Positions 8,978 through 15,965 of a DNA stretch of 32,000 nucleotides are shown here, piece after piece. Below the pieces are notes generated by a model, which searched no databases, was not told the origin of the DNA, and saw only the letters and a list, made by a program, of their open reading frames with translations. Positions within the stretch are counted from its first letter, which is position 1. Every line of letters starts with the position of its first letter. The stretch comes from Candidatus Saccharimonadota bacterium (GTDB lineage Bacteria; Patescibacteriota; Saccharimonadia; Saccharimonadales; Saccharimonadaceae): assembly GCA_002421785.1 (NCBI GenBank), contig DIRZ01000002.1:120001-152000 (forward strand), read 5' to 3'. A program made the position numbers and the translations under genes.

Positions 8978-9343
8978 TTTGCTAGCCCAGACTTGCTTAG
9001 CACCTTTAAAATAAGAAAATGTCACGTCACCACTTGCGCCAGTTACCCGGTTACGTTGAACAGTTAATGTTATGATCTATCAGAACCAGAGGGCATTAAC
9101 TCTGACACAACTTAGCAAGTTTGCATGCAGTGCTAGCGTTACGAATAGTTGCCGATTGGCATGTTTCGCCTCGCCCGTCTCGGCTATTATCTCTTCGGCT
9201 TTCTTCGGAGCATTAACAAAAAATGCATTATGCTTGGCGTCGCTGCCATCGCTCTACCACTTCTGCGCATGCAGTAGTGCAATATATTTCATGGTGTCAT
9301 TATATAAGAATTAGTCCAATATCTTCCTGTTACTGGCATCAAA

Positions 9344-9637
9344 TTACAAAAACTTCGTGAGTATTAGTGTGCTGATAAAAATAACGTAGACGACTAAGGC
9401 TGTGTACGCCAAAATTTTCGATAGATCATTTTTCTCTGTTATTGCCCATAGACTACTTGCTCCACCCAGTAGAATCCAGCAAAGCGAATGGCCGTACGTA
9501 AGAATTATTTTTTGAAGTCCGCTAGCACTTGATACCTCTGCGGGTATAACTTTGAGATAGATTACTGCAACAACAAAAGCAATTATTCCACCAATACTTC
9601 CGACTAGTTTGCGGTGCTTATCTAGATAACTTTTCAT
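9344..9637 (-). CDS. Small hydrophobic membrane protein, about 3 TM helices, unknown function
   Basis: The 97-aa ORF has three hydrophobic stretches. A hairpin plus U-run terminator of the preceding gene lies just upstream. Confidence 0.55.
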   Translation of the reverse strand: MKSYLDKHRKLVGSIGGIIAFVVAVIYLKVIPAEVSSASGLQKIILTYGHSLCWILLGGASSLWAITEKNDLSKILAYTALVVYVIFISTLILTKFL

Positions 9638-9707
9638 GCGTTAATTATAAATCAAAAGAAGTCCAGTAGTATGAATGCTTACTGGACTTCTTGTCACATA
9701 TATACTT

Positions 9708-9748
9708 TTGGCTCACAACAATAGAGAAAGTTATAACTGCGATTAAGG
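9708..9748. repeat. Intergenic repeat, family B, copy 1
   Basis: TTGGCTCACAACAATAGAGAAAGTTATAACTGCGATTAAGG. It follows the hairpin GAAGTCCAGTA-N11-TACTGGACTTC (9656-9688). Confidence 0.8.
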
Positions 9749-10303
9749 CTAACTACCTAACAAGATAGTTACCGTTCCACGGGCGTCGAGCGAATCCACT
9801 ATCCTCCAGAAAATAGCCATATCAAAATCGGGATGTTGGAATAGTTCGTTAAAATCGTCCAAATCGTTATGGTGCTCACGGCGAGAAATGAGTTTGAAGA
9901 CGGCGACCTTTTCGGCGGGTACAAGCGTTACTTTTATGTTTTTGAATGCTACGGGTACTGTCTCCGTTGGTGGGGAATGGTAAGAGTGGCCATCGATCTT
10001 GGATGTGTACCTATTAAGAAAGTCTACTGAACCATCATCAACGGGCGTTGATTTATTCATGCTATTGTATGGTCGCTCTATGTGCCGTGGCCCCAGGTTA
10101 AAAAGTGCATTTGCTCGATCAAATGCTTCGTCCGTAAACATGATGTCTACATCTTTTGGTTTACGATCATTACCCTGAACATAAAGAGCAACGCTTCCGC
10201 CAACGGCATAGGGGATATTAGCGCTATCGAGTTGCTCAAGAATAGATTCAAATTTTGGAAATGTAGCGATGACTTCTTGAAATCTTTTTACGTCCGTTTT
10301 CAT
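9749..10303 (-). CDS. Pol-beta-fold nucleotidyltransferase family protein
   Basis: GGSVALYVQGNDRKPKDVDI matches the minimal G[GS]-x(9-13)-D-x-D nucleotidyltransferase signature. Its size (184 aa) resembles small-molecule nucleotidyltransferases, and the substrate is unknown. Confidence 0.65.
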   Translation of the reverse strand: MKTDVKRFQEVIATFPKFESILEQLDSANIPYAVGGSVALYVQGNDRKPKDVDIMFTDEAFDRANALFNLGPRHIERPYNSMNKSTPVDDGSVDFLNRYTSKIDGHSYHSPPTETVPVAFKNIKVTLVPAEKVAVFKLISRREHHNDLDDFNELFQHPDFDMAIFWRIVDSLDARGTVTILLGS

Positions 10304-10365
10304 GCTATTACTATAGCAGAGCTAAGTTGTAGAACGGTTTCAGTTCTGGCTGGGGTATACAAAAA

Positions 10366-10391
10366 GTCAGAACCGAATTATCAGTTCTGAC
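10366..10391. terminator. Shared hairpin module T, copy 1 (bidirectional-looking stem-loop)
   Basis: GTCAGAAC-cgaattatca-GTTCTGAC, flanked by AAAAA on the left and TTTAT on the right. Confidence 0.6.
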
Positions 10392-10406
10392 TTTATCTAT
10401 TACGGC

Positions 10407-10447
10407 CTGGCTCACAACGATAGAGCAAGTCATAACTGCTATCAAAC
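10407..10447. repeat. Intergenic repeat, family B, copy 2
   Basis: CTGGCTCACAACGATAGAGCAAGTCATAACTGCTATCAAAC. Confidence 0.8.
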
Positions 10448-10469
10448 AAGATTTTGCTACAATCAGAAT

Positions 10470-11009
10470 ATGAAAATTACGTATTTCGTGCATTCAATCA
10501 CTGAAGATAACGAGAAGAGTCTTGCAACTGGATGGATGCAGGGCAAATTGTCCGAAGAAGGCGTAAAGCGTGCCCTTGCATTAAGACCAGACTTAACAAG
10601 TCGGGACTTTGATTCAGTATTTTGTTCTGATCTAGAACGTGCGTTACAAAGCACGGAGCTGTTTTTTGATAAAAAGTTTCCACTATTCATTGATTGGAGA
10701 CTCAGGGAATGCAATTATGGGAAATTTGACGGACTACCAGCAAAACAATTCAAAAAAGATCGTGAGCAAGAATATATTCAGGCAGGATATCCATCCGGAG
10801 AAAGTTATATGGAAGTAGAGTCCCGTATGAAAAGTTTTTTATCAGACTTGAGCCGATTTAATTATGATCATATTGCAATTGTCGCCCATCAAGCCCCACA
10901 GCTTGCTTTAGATGTGATTTTAAAAAATCAGACCTGGGAGGGAGCTATTGCAAGTGATTGGCGTAAATCGCAGTCATGGCAACCTGGATGGGAATATTTC
11001 CTAGACTAG
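10470..11009 (+). CDS. Histidine phosphatase (phosphoglycerate mutase-like) family protein
   Basis: The N-terminal YFVHSITEDN aligns with LVRHGETExN. CSDLERALQST and IVAHQAPQLAL match downstream family motifs. Confidence 0.7.
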   Translation: MKITYFVHSITEDNEKSLATGWMQGKLSEEGVKRALALRPDLTSRDFDSVFCSDLERALQSTELFFDKKFPLFIDWRLRECNYGKFDGLPAKQFKKDREQEYIQAGYPSGESYMEVESRMKSFLSDLSRFNYDHIAIVAHQAPQLALDVILKNQTWEGAIASDWRKSQSWQPGWEYFLD

Positions 11010-11046
11010 TCCGTCGGTTTCAATTCTACTTTGGGTTTATAAAAAG

Positions 11047-11070
11047 TCAGAACCATTTTCACAGTTCTGA
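11047..11070. terminator. Shared hairpin module T, copy 2
   Basis: TCAGAAC-cattttcaca-GTTCTGA, flanked by an A-run on the left and a T-rich tract on the right. Confidence 0.6.
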
Positions 11071-11078
11071 TTTCGTCT

Positions 11079-11119
11079 TTCTTGGCTTGACCCCCACTAG
11101 TGGACGTACTTCGTAACTC
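11079..11119. repeat. Intergenic repeat, family C, copy 1
   Basis: TTCTTGGCTTGACCCCCACTAGTGGACGTACTTCGTAACTC. Positions 11097-11118 are identical to 12523-12544. Confidence 0.85.
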
Positions 11120-11138
11120 AACTTTAAAAGCCGAGCAC

Positions 11139-11438
11139 TTACAACGCCTGAATCTTCTCAATCAATTCTGCGCGTAGTTCTTCCGCATTACTCGGGTGGA
11201 TTTCTAACTCGCCTGCGATAGTCAGTATTTTATCGATTGGATCAGAAGAATTTAATGATTGCGCAAAATCAGTAGACATTAACCCGGCAATTTCATATGC
11301 CGTCCCGGTTGCATCATTAATGTCACCGTTGAGCGGTGCGAGCTTATTTTTCAAAAATAAAATAAACTGAGTTCTCGTCTGTTCTGGAACATCTTGATTA
11401 TGTTCTTGAGATATTCTGTTCATAAAATGTATTGGCAA
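11139..11438 (-). CDS. Hypothetical small acidic protein (99 aa)
   Basis: An open frame 7 nt downstream of the preceding ORF, with no motif recognised. Confidence 0.5.
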   Translation of the reverse strand: MPIHFMNRISQEHNQDVPEQTRTQFILFLKNKLAPLNGDINDATGTAYEIAGLMSTDFAQSLNSSDPIDKILTIAGELEIHPSNAEELRAELIEKIQAL

Positions 11439-11445
11439 TCTAATC

Positions 11446-11772
11446 TTAGATCATATTCGACAAAATCTTAAGACTCTCCTCGGTATCTATTAAGTACTGC
11501 TCCCATTCGTTAGATCCAGTTCGCCTCGCTATTGCGTCTCGCTTAAAATCTACCGCCTCCCCGAGACTAACGCCTAGGTCTTCCTGAAATCCTTCTATAG
11601 ACTCACTGTACGTACTCGCTAAAACCGAGAACTCAGTAACAACAGAGCGTATCGCAGCTAAATCATCAACGTTATTCGCGGATTTCACTGCAGCACACAA
11701 GGCATAACCCCAATCTATAAGTAGCCTTTCGATGGCCGTGCTTTTTTGAAATCGTATATCCTCGACATGCAT
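11446..11772 (-). CDS. Hypothetical small acidic protein (108 aa)
   Basis: AAAGGAG lies 8 nt before the ATG and TATAAT is present upstream. No motif was recognised. Confidence 0.55.
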   Translation of the reverse strand: MHVEDIRFQKSTAIERLLIDWGYALCAAVKSANNVDDLAAIRSVVTEFSVLASTYSESIEGFQEDLGVSLGEAVDFKRDAIARRTGSNEWEQYLIDTEESLKILSNMI

Positions 11773-11848
11773 ACAGTGACTCCTTTGTGCTTTTATGTAT
11801 TATATATGAAAATGAGTCGAGTTAGCGTCCCGACTCAAGACGTGTAGG

Positions 11849-12175
11849 TCAGTGGCCCGGGCCAGTGTAGTGACCGCGGTCACCGTCAACGTAGCCGTCA
11901 TCCTCACGGTTGGGGCCGTAGTGGTTGTGACGAGCGTCGAACTGACGCGCAGACTTCTCGCCATCGGAGATGAGAGTGTGACCCTCATTGTCTCCCGTTC
12001 CTTGGCGGAACGTCACCTCCGTGCCGTCCGCCATGGAGCCGACCGTGCGTGGCGTCCAGCCGCCTCGCCTTCGACCGCGCCTGTTCTCCGCCTGCCTTAC
12101 GGCCCTCTCGAGCCCTGCAGTCGAAACCCAGACTCCGCCCTCGTCGTAGTAACCTGGTCCGCGTCCGCGTCCCAT
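11849..12175 (-). CDS. Hypothetical Gly/Arg/Asp-rich protein encoded in a GC-rich, foreign-looking patch
   Basis: Of five overlapping ORFs here, this frame has G/C-dominated third positions (gac, ggc, acg, cgc, tac, ttc...). ATG 12175 (MGRGRGPGYYDEGG...) is preceded by AAGGGTG. The ORF-track start at 12229 is a GTG. A hairpin GAGTCG..CGACTC follows the stop. Confidence 0.55.
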   Translation of the reverse strand: MGRGRGPGYYDEGGVWVSTAGLERAVRQAENRRGRRRGGWTPRTVGSMADGTEVTFRQGTGDNEGHTLISDGEKSARQFDARHNHYGPNREDDGYVDGDRGHYTGPGH

Positions 12176-12256
12176 CTGAACCACACCCTTTCGAGATGTT
12201 CGTGCATTTTCCTGCACGGAGATTGCCACACATTAGGCTCCGGTTGAAACCTGCTG

Positions 12257-12285
12257 ATAATATACTGTTTTTTGTATTTAGTCAA
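12257..12285 (-). promoter_or_regulatory. Candidate sigma-70-type promoter for the GC-rich gene
   Basis: On the minus strand, TTGACT (12280-12285) is followed by N17 and TATTAT (12257-12262), inside an AT-rich spacer between two GC-rich blocks. Confidence 0.4.
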
Positions 12286-12299
12286 TATTTCTGAAAACA

Positions 12300-12480
12300 G
12301 CGCCTCTGAACCGTCGACGCTTGGAATGACTACAATTCCGGCAGCTGGGATTCGGCTAAAGCCTCTTCCGCTTCGAAAGGAACGTGAGCAAGATTCCATT
12401 TCCTTTCTCCGCTACACCGAACCGCGACCATACGCGAGCGAACTCGCGCGGTCGCTAGCCCAAACTCAATATCGCAGCCA
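12300..12480. other. GC-rich non-coding segment with dense nested stems (candidate structured RNA, family unknown)
   Basis: On the minus strand: GCGACC-G-[CGCGAG-TTCG-CTCGCG]-TAT-GGTCGC, GAAAGGAA-N17-TTCCTTTC, GGAAT-N7-ATTCC, GGC-TTTA-GCC, and GGTTCGG pairing with CCGAATCC. No convincing ORF is present. Confidence 0.4.
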
Positions 12481-12486
12481 CGTAAA

Positions 12487-12507
12487 AACCCCACACAAGG
12501 TGGGGGC
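12487..12507 (-). terminator. Rho-independent-type terminator after the P-loop kinase gene
   Basis: On the minus strand, CCCCACC-ttgt-GTGGGG is followed by TTTTTA. Confidence 0.6.
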
Positions 12508-12512
12508 TTTAC

Positions 12513-12545
12513 GTGGCTCCCGCTAGTGGACGTACTTCGTAACTA
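12513..12545. repeat. Intergenic repeat, family C, copy 2
   Basis: GTGGCTCCCGCTAGTGGACGTACTTCGTAACTA. Confidence 0.85.
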
Positions 12546-12550
12546 TCGTC

Positions 12551-13084
12551 CTACGTCTTGAATGAATCATTACAGAAATTACTAGTCTCTATAATATATT
12601 CAATTGTTTCATCTAATGATGATTCTTCCGAAATGATTTTTTCATTATCATGAATTGAGCCATATTCATTGTTATAAAATGTTCGTAAGTCGTTCTCGGT
12701 GTATGTTGACGTATTTCTAGATGGCCTAGTCCTGTGACGCCTGATTGTTTCTTCGAGGCTAACATTAAAATAGTAGGAATAATTTTCCGTAGGGTGCTGT
12801 CTAAAGATTTCATTAAAGTCATTCGCGTATGATTTGGTGCTAAATATACCCTCTGCAATTACATCGTAGCCATCGCTAAGAGCCGTCAACACATTGTTTG
12901 TTATCATTTTGTGCATTGTAGCTGAGTTTTGCTTACTCCCGTGATCACGCGGGCGGAATATAAACCGATAATAGTCTTGCTCGATCAAACATGTATTACG
13001 ATTAGCTTTCTTGAAAAGTTCAGTTGCAACAGTGCTTTTCCCGGATGCCGAAGGACCTCTTAGGATTATTAGTTTCGATGTCAT
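12551..13084 (-). CDS. P-loop NTPase / small-molecule or nucleotide kinase-like protein
   Basis: Walker A GPSASGKST follows directly after the start (MTSKLIILRGPSASGKSTVA). The ORF-track start at 13126 adds an implausible leader. Confidence 0.65.
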   Translation of the reverse strand: MTSKLIILRGPSASGKSTVATELFKKANRNTCLIEQDYYRFIFRPRDHGSKQNSATMHKMITNNVLTALSDGYDVIAEGIFSTKSYANDFNEIFRQHPTENYSYYFNVSLEETIRRHRTRPSRNTSTYTENDLRTFYNNEYGSIHDNEKIISEESSLDETIEYIIETSNFCNDSFKT

Positions 13085-13139
13085 GACTATTATTATTACA
13101 CAAAACAAAAAACACTCTGTTTTCACAAAGTGCTTATGC

Positions 13140-13180
13140 TTTGCTCACAACAATAGAGGAAGTTATAACCACAATTAAGC
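13140..13180. repeat. Intergenic repeat, family B, copy 3
   Basis: TTTGCTCACAACAATAGAGGAAGTTATAACCACAATTAAGC. Confidence 0.8.
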
Positions 13181-13188
13181 GAGATTAC

Positions 13189-13677
13189 TTAGTTGTCTAG
13201 GTTCGTATTTTTAATGATATGAAGAATAGAATTGACCGTCTCATCAAGCGTAAGATCAGAGTTATCGATAATGTGTCCAAATTTGGGCGACGCAATGCCC
13301 CTATCGTAATGATGTTTTATTCTCGAAACTTCCCATTCTGATAACTCACGGTCGCCTCTTTTGCTTTGAGCTACTTCCAGACGGGGTGCTAGTGTAATGA
13401 CGATCTGAGGCTGAGTTTCGACTTCATTCTCAAAACGATCGAAATCTTTTTGTCGCACAACATAATTAGCGATGACGTCTTTTCCTTGTCTCGTAGAGTT
13501 ATTAATAGTCTGAATTGCTAAGTCCATGGACTTATCCAGATCGCTTGCAAGGTTAAAGTTTGGTATGGTGTCATTTAGGTCATCGACATTTACGAAAACA
13601 GCTCCGAGCTTCTTGGCTAAAGCTTTTGCTGTTGTAGTCTTCCCTGAATTAATACTACCGCTGATAAAAACTAACAT
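13189..13677 (-). CDS. P-loop NTPase / kinase-like protein
   Basis: Walker A sits at the N-terminus (MLVFISGSINSGKTTTAKALA). At 162 aa it is the size of a kinase fold. Confidence 0.65.
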   Translation of the reverse strand: MLVFISGSINSGKTTTAKALAKKLGAVFVNVDDLNDTIPNFNLASDLDKSMDLAIQTINNSTRQGKDVIANYVVRQKDFDRFENEVETQPQIVITLAPRLEVAQSKRGDRELSEWEVSRIKHHYDRGIASPKFGHIIDNSDLTLDETVNSILHIIKNTNLDN

Positions 13678-13731
13678 TACCCAATAATAACAAAGTCCAG
13701 CAGTTTCAGCTCTTAGCTACGTATACAAAAA

Positions 13732-13754
13732 ACAGAACCGAATTAACAGTTCTG
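13732..13754. terminator. Shared hairpin module T, copy 3
   Basis: CAGAAC-cgaattaaca-GTTCTG, flanked by AAAAAA on the left and ATTTTT on the right. Confidence 0.6.
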
Positions 13755-13767
13755 ATTTTTATATAAA

Positions 13768-13794
13768 TTCTTGGCTCCGCTTACAGGTCATGGA
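13768..13794. repeat. Intergenic repeat, family A, copy 3
   Basis: TTCTTGGCTCCGCTTACAGGTCATGGA. Confidence 0.8.
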
Positions 13795-13900
13795 CTTTGC
13801 AGACACTATTCTTGATATCGAGCCATAATTGACTTTGGTCAAGGAACTCCTGAGTAAACAGCCCTATAGTCATAGGTACTATCAAACAAAAGGAGTAACT

Positions 13901-14116
13901 ATGACAAGCAAAACCCTTCAACTACAAACCCTCACCTGCCCGAGTTGTATCAACAAGATAACTGCCGGCGTGAAATCACTACCGGGTGTCGAGCGGGTCG
14001 AAGTGCTATTTAATTCCAGCCGAGTTAAGGTCGACTGTGCAGAAGACACCTGTTCATATGAGGATATTAAAAACACCATCGAGCAGCTCGGCTACGAGGT
14101 GCTAAGTGAAAAATAA
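13901..14116 (+). CDS. copZ: Heavy-metal-associated (CopZ-like) metallochaperone
   Basis: A 71-aa ferredoxin-like HMA domain with the CxxC metal site LTCPSC. AAGGAG lies 5 nt before ATG 13901. The ORF-track start at 13829 is an upstream extension. Confidence 0.8.
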   Translation: MTSKTLQLQTLTCPSCINKITAGVKSLPGVERVEVLFNSSRVKVDCAEDTCSYEDIKNTIEQLGYEVLSEK

Positions 14117-15965
14117 ACTTCTGTCCAGCCTAGGCACTAGGCTCGCAGTTGCAGTCGGTCTGACTATATCTGGCTTGCTACTCAACTTCACCTATCCATC
14201 GCAATTTGTCAGCACATTTTTGCTTTTGCTGGCTACTATCATCACCGGTTTACCTATAGCACGTAATGCTCTTAGTGCTTTGCGCTACAAAGTGATCGGT
14301 ATCGACTTATTGGTAACAATCGCTGTGATTGGGGCGGTGTTTATTGGAGAGTACTGGGAGGCCGCCATCGTAGCTGTACTATTTACGCTAGGACACTACC
14401 TCGAAGCTCGATCGATCAAGAAAACTCGCAGCGCTATCAAATCGCTACTCGACCAGGCGCCAGATGTTGCTTGGGTGGAGCGTGATGGCGAAATCATCGA
14501 ACTACCACCGAACGAAGTCGTGCCGAGTGACGTCGTAGTCGTCAAGTCCGGTCAAAAGATTCCAGTTGACGGTGAGATTTCGGGCGGACAGGCTTCTGTT
14601 AACCAAGCTACTGTAACTGGTGAGTCGATGCCGGTCGACAAAACAGAGGGTGATTACGTTTATGCCGGAACTATCATCACCTCTGGTTACGTAAAAATAT
14701 CCGCTGAAAAAGTTGGTGCCAATACTATGTTCGCCCGAATCCTTGAGATGGTCGAAGACGCCCAAGACAAAAAAGCCAAAACTCAAGTCTTTTTAGAGCG
14801 CTTCGCCAGCTACTACACCCCGGCTATCATTGTCCTGGCAGTTACCACCTACCTGATCACTGCTGATATTTACCTGGCACTAACCTTGCTTGTTATCGCC
14901 TGTCCTGGTGCCCTGGTGATTGCGACGCCTATCTCGATTGTCGCCGGCATCGGTAACGGTGCCCGCAATGGGCTGCTGATCAAAGGCGGTGAGTCAATCG
15001 AAAATATCAACTCGGCGCGCGTAATCGCGTTTGATAAAACTGGCACATTGACCGAAGGACAGCCACGAGTCGTGTCGGTCGAGGCCTATGATGTAAACCA
15101 GGACGAACTGCTCACTCTAGCCGCCACCGCTGAATATTATTCCGAGCATTCGCTCGGTGCTAGTGTTGTTGATTTTGCTACCAAACAAACCGGGTCAACT
15201 CCAGCTGCGCCGCTTCATACAGAAGTCTTGACTGGCCTTGGCATCAAGGCTGAGACCGAGTCAGGCACAGTCTTGGTCGGCAATCGTCAACTAGTCCATA
15301 TGCATGACCTTGTGATCAAAAAATCAATCGAAGACCACTTACAGGCTCGAGAAGCCACTGGCGAGACAGCGATGCTAGTAGCCCGCGGCAAATCAATCAT
15401 TGGCGTTATTTCAGTAGCCGACCCGATCCGTACTGGTGCTAAAGATATGATTAAACAACTGCAGAAATCTGGCAAAAATATCGTTATACTGACTGGCGAC
15501 AACCAGCGTACCGCTGCGGCTATCGCCAGGCAACTTGAGATCACTGAAGTCTACAGTCAGCTCATGCCGACCGATAAGGTAGAGCATGTCGCCAGGTTAC
15601 AGAAAGAATACGGCAAAGTCATCATGGTCGGTGACGGGGTCAACGACGCTCCAGCTCTAGCTGCCGCCGATGCTAGCATCGCTACTGGGGGTGTCGGTAA
15701 AGACATTGCCATGGAAGTAGCCGATATCGTCTTGCTCTCAGGAGATGTTAGTAAGCTTAGCTACGCACTCGGCCTAAGCCGCGCGGTGGTGCGCAACATG
15801 AAAACCAATATATACTTCGCCGTGGCTCTGGTCATTATCTTGCTGATCGGCGTCTTGACCAAAAACGTCATCATGAGCCTTGGCATGCTGATTCATGTCA
15901 TCAGCGTGCTGCTGGTTATCATGAACGCTTCAAGGCTATTAAGGTATAGTAGAGACTATGCATAG
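14106..15965 (+). CDS. P1B-type heavy-metal-translocating ATPase without a fused N-terminal metal-binding domain
   Basis: TGES, DKTGTLT, TGDN and GDGVNDAPAL motifs are present. The TM6 motif reads ACPGAL (CPG, not CPC) and the nucleotide-domain motif reads SEHSL (not SEHPL). The GTG start overlaps the copZ stop. Confidence 0.9.
   Translation: MKNKLLSSLGTRLAVAVGLTISGLLLNFTYPSQFVSTFLLLLATIITGLPIARNALSALRYKVIGIDLLVTIAVIGAVFIGEYWEAAIVAVLFTLGHYLEARSIKKTRSAIKSLLDQAPDVAWVERDGEIIELPPNEVVPSDVVVVKSGQKIPVDGEISGGQASVNQATVTGESMPVDKTEGDYVYAGTIITSGYVKISAEKVGANTMFARILEMVEDAQDKKAKTQVFLERFASYYTPAIIVLAVTTYLITADIYLALTLLVIACPGALVIATPISIVAGIGNGARNGLLIKGGESIENINSARVIAFDKTGTLTEGQPRVVSVEAYDVNQDELLTLAATAEYYSEHSLGASVVDFATKQTGSTPAAPLHTEVLTGLGIKAETESGTVLVGNRQLVHMHDLVIKKSIEDHLQAREATGETAMLVARGKSIIGVISVADPIRTGAKDMIKQLQKSGKNIVILTGDNQRTAAAIARQLEITEVYSQLMPTDKVEHVARLQKEYGKVIMVGDGVNDAPALAAADASIATGGVGKDIAMEVADIVLLSGDVSKLSYALGLSRAVVRNMKTNIYFAVALVIILLIGVLTKNVIMSLGMLIHVISVLLVIMNASRLLRYSRDYA

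Noticed and set aside
9072-9314. An 80-aa + strand ORF upstream of groES.
   Set aside because: It is Cys/Ser/Ala-rich with no RBS or motif, and it lies in a region better explained as non-coding or as a degraded minus-strand gene.
9708-9748. Reading the TGGCTC blocks as sigma-54 (-24 TGGCAC / -12 TTGC) promoters, as integron attC sites, or as XerC/D dif-like sites.
   Set aside because: No TTGC lies at the right spacing after TGGCTC. The GTTATAAC and GCCTTAA segments do not fit the GTTRRRY/RYYYAAC core sites. There is no 11-6-11 dif-like dyad, and no integrase is present in the window.
11852-12526. Alternative ORFs in the GC-rich patch: 11852..12247 (+), 11985..12233 (-), 12049..12294 (+), 12097..12399 (-) and 12272..12526 (+).
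   Set aside because: High GC suppresses stop codons in all frames. Only 11849..12175 (-) shows GC-rich third positions with a plausible RBS. The others are Arg/Ala/Pro/Ser-rich, or they cross the AT-rich promoter spacer or the structured block.
9708-13180. Apparent peptide conservation when family B is translated on the minus strand (LIAVITFSIVVSQK, LIAVMTCSIVVSQA, LIVVITSSIVVSKA), and the in-frame DDSYEVRPLAGAT read-through tail after the kinase TAG at 12551.
   Set aside because: No start codon or RBS precedes the family B segments, and copy B2 has no upstream gene. The family C copy at 11079 is not in frame with its upstream ORF. The conservation is most simply nucleotide-level.
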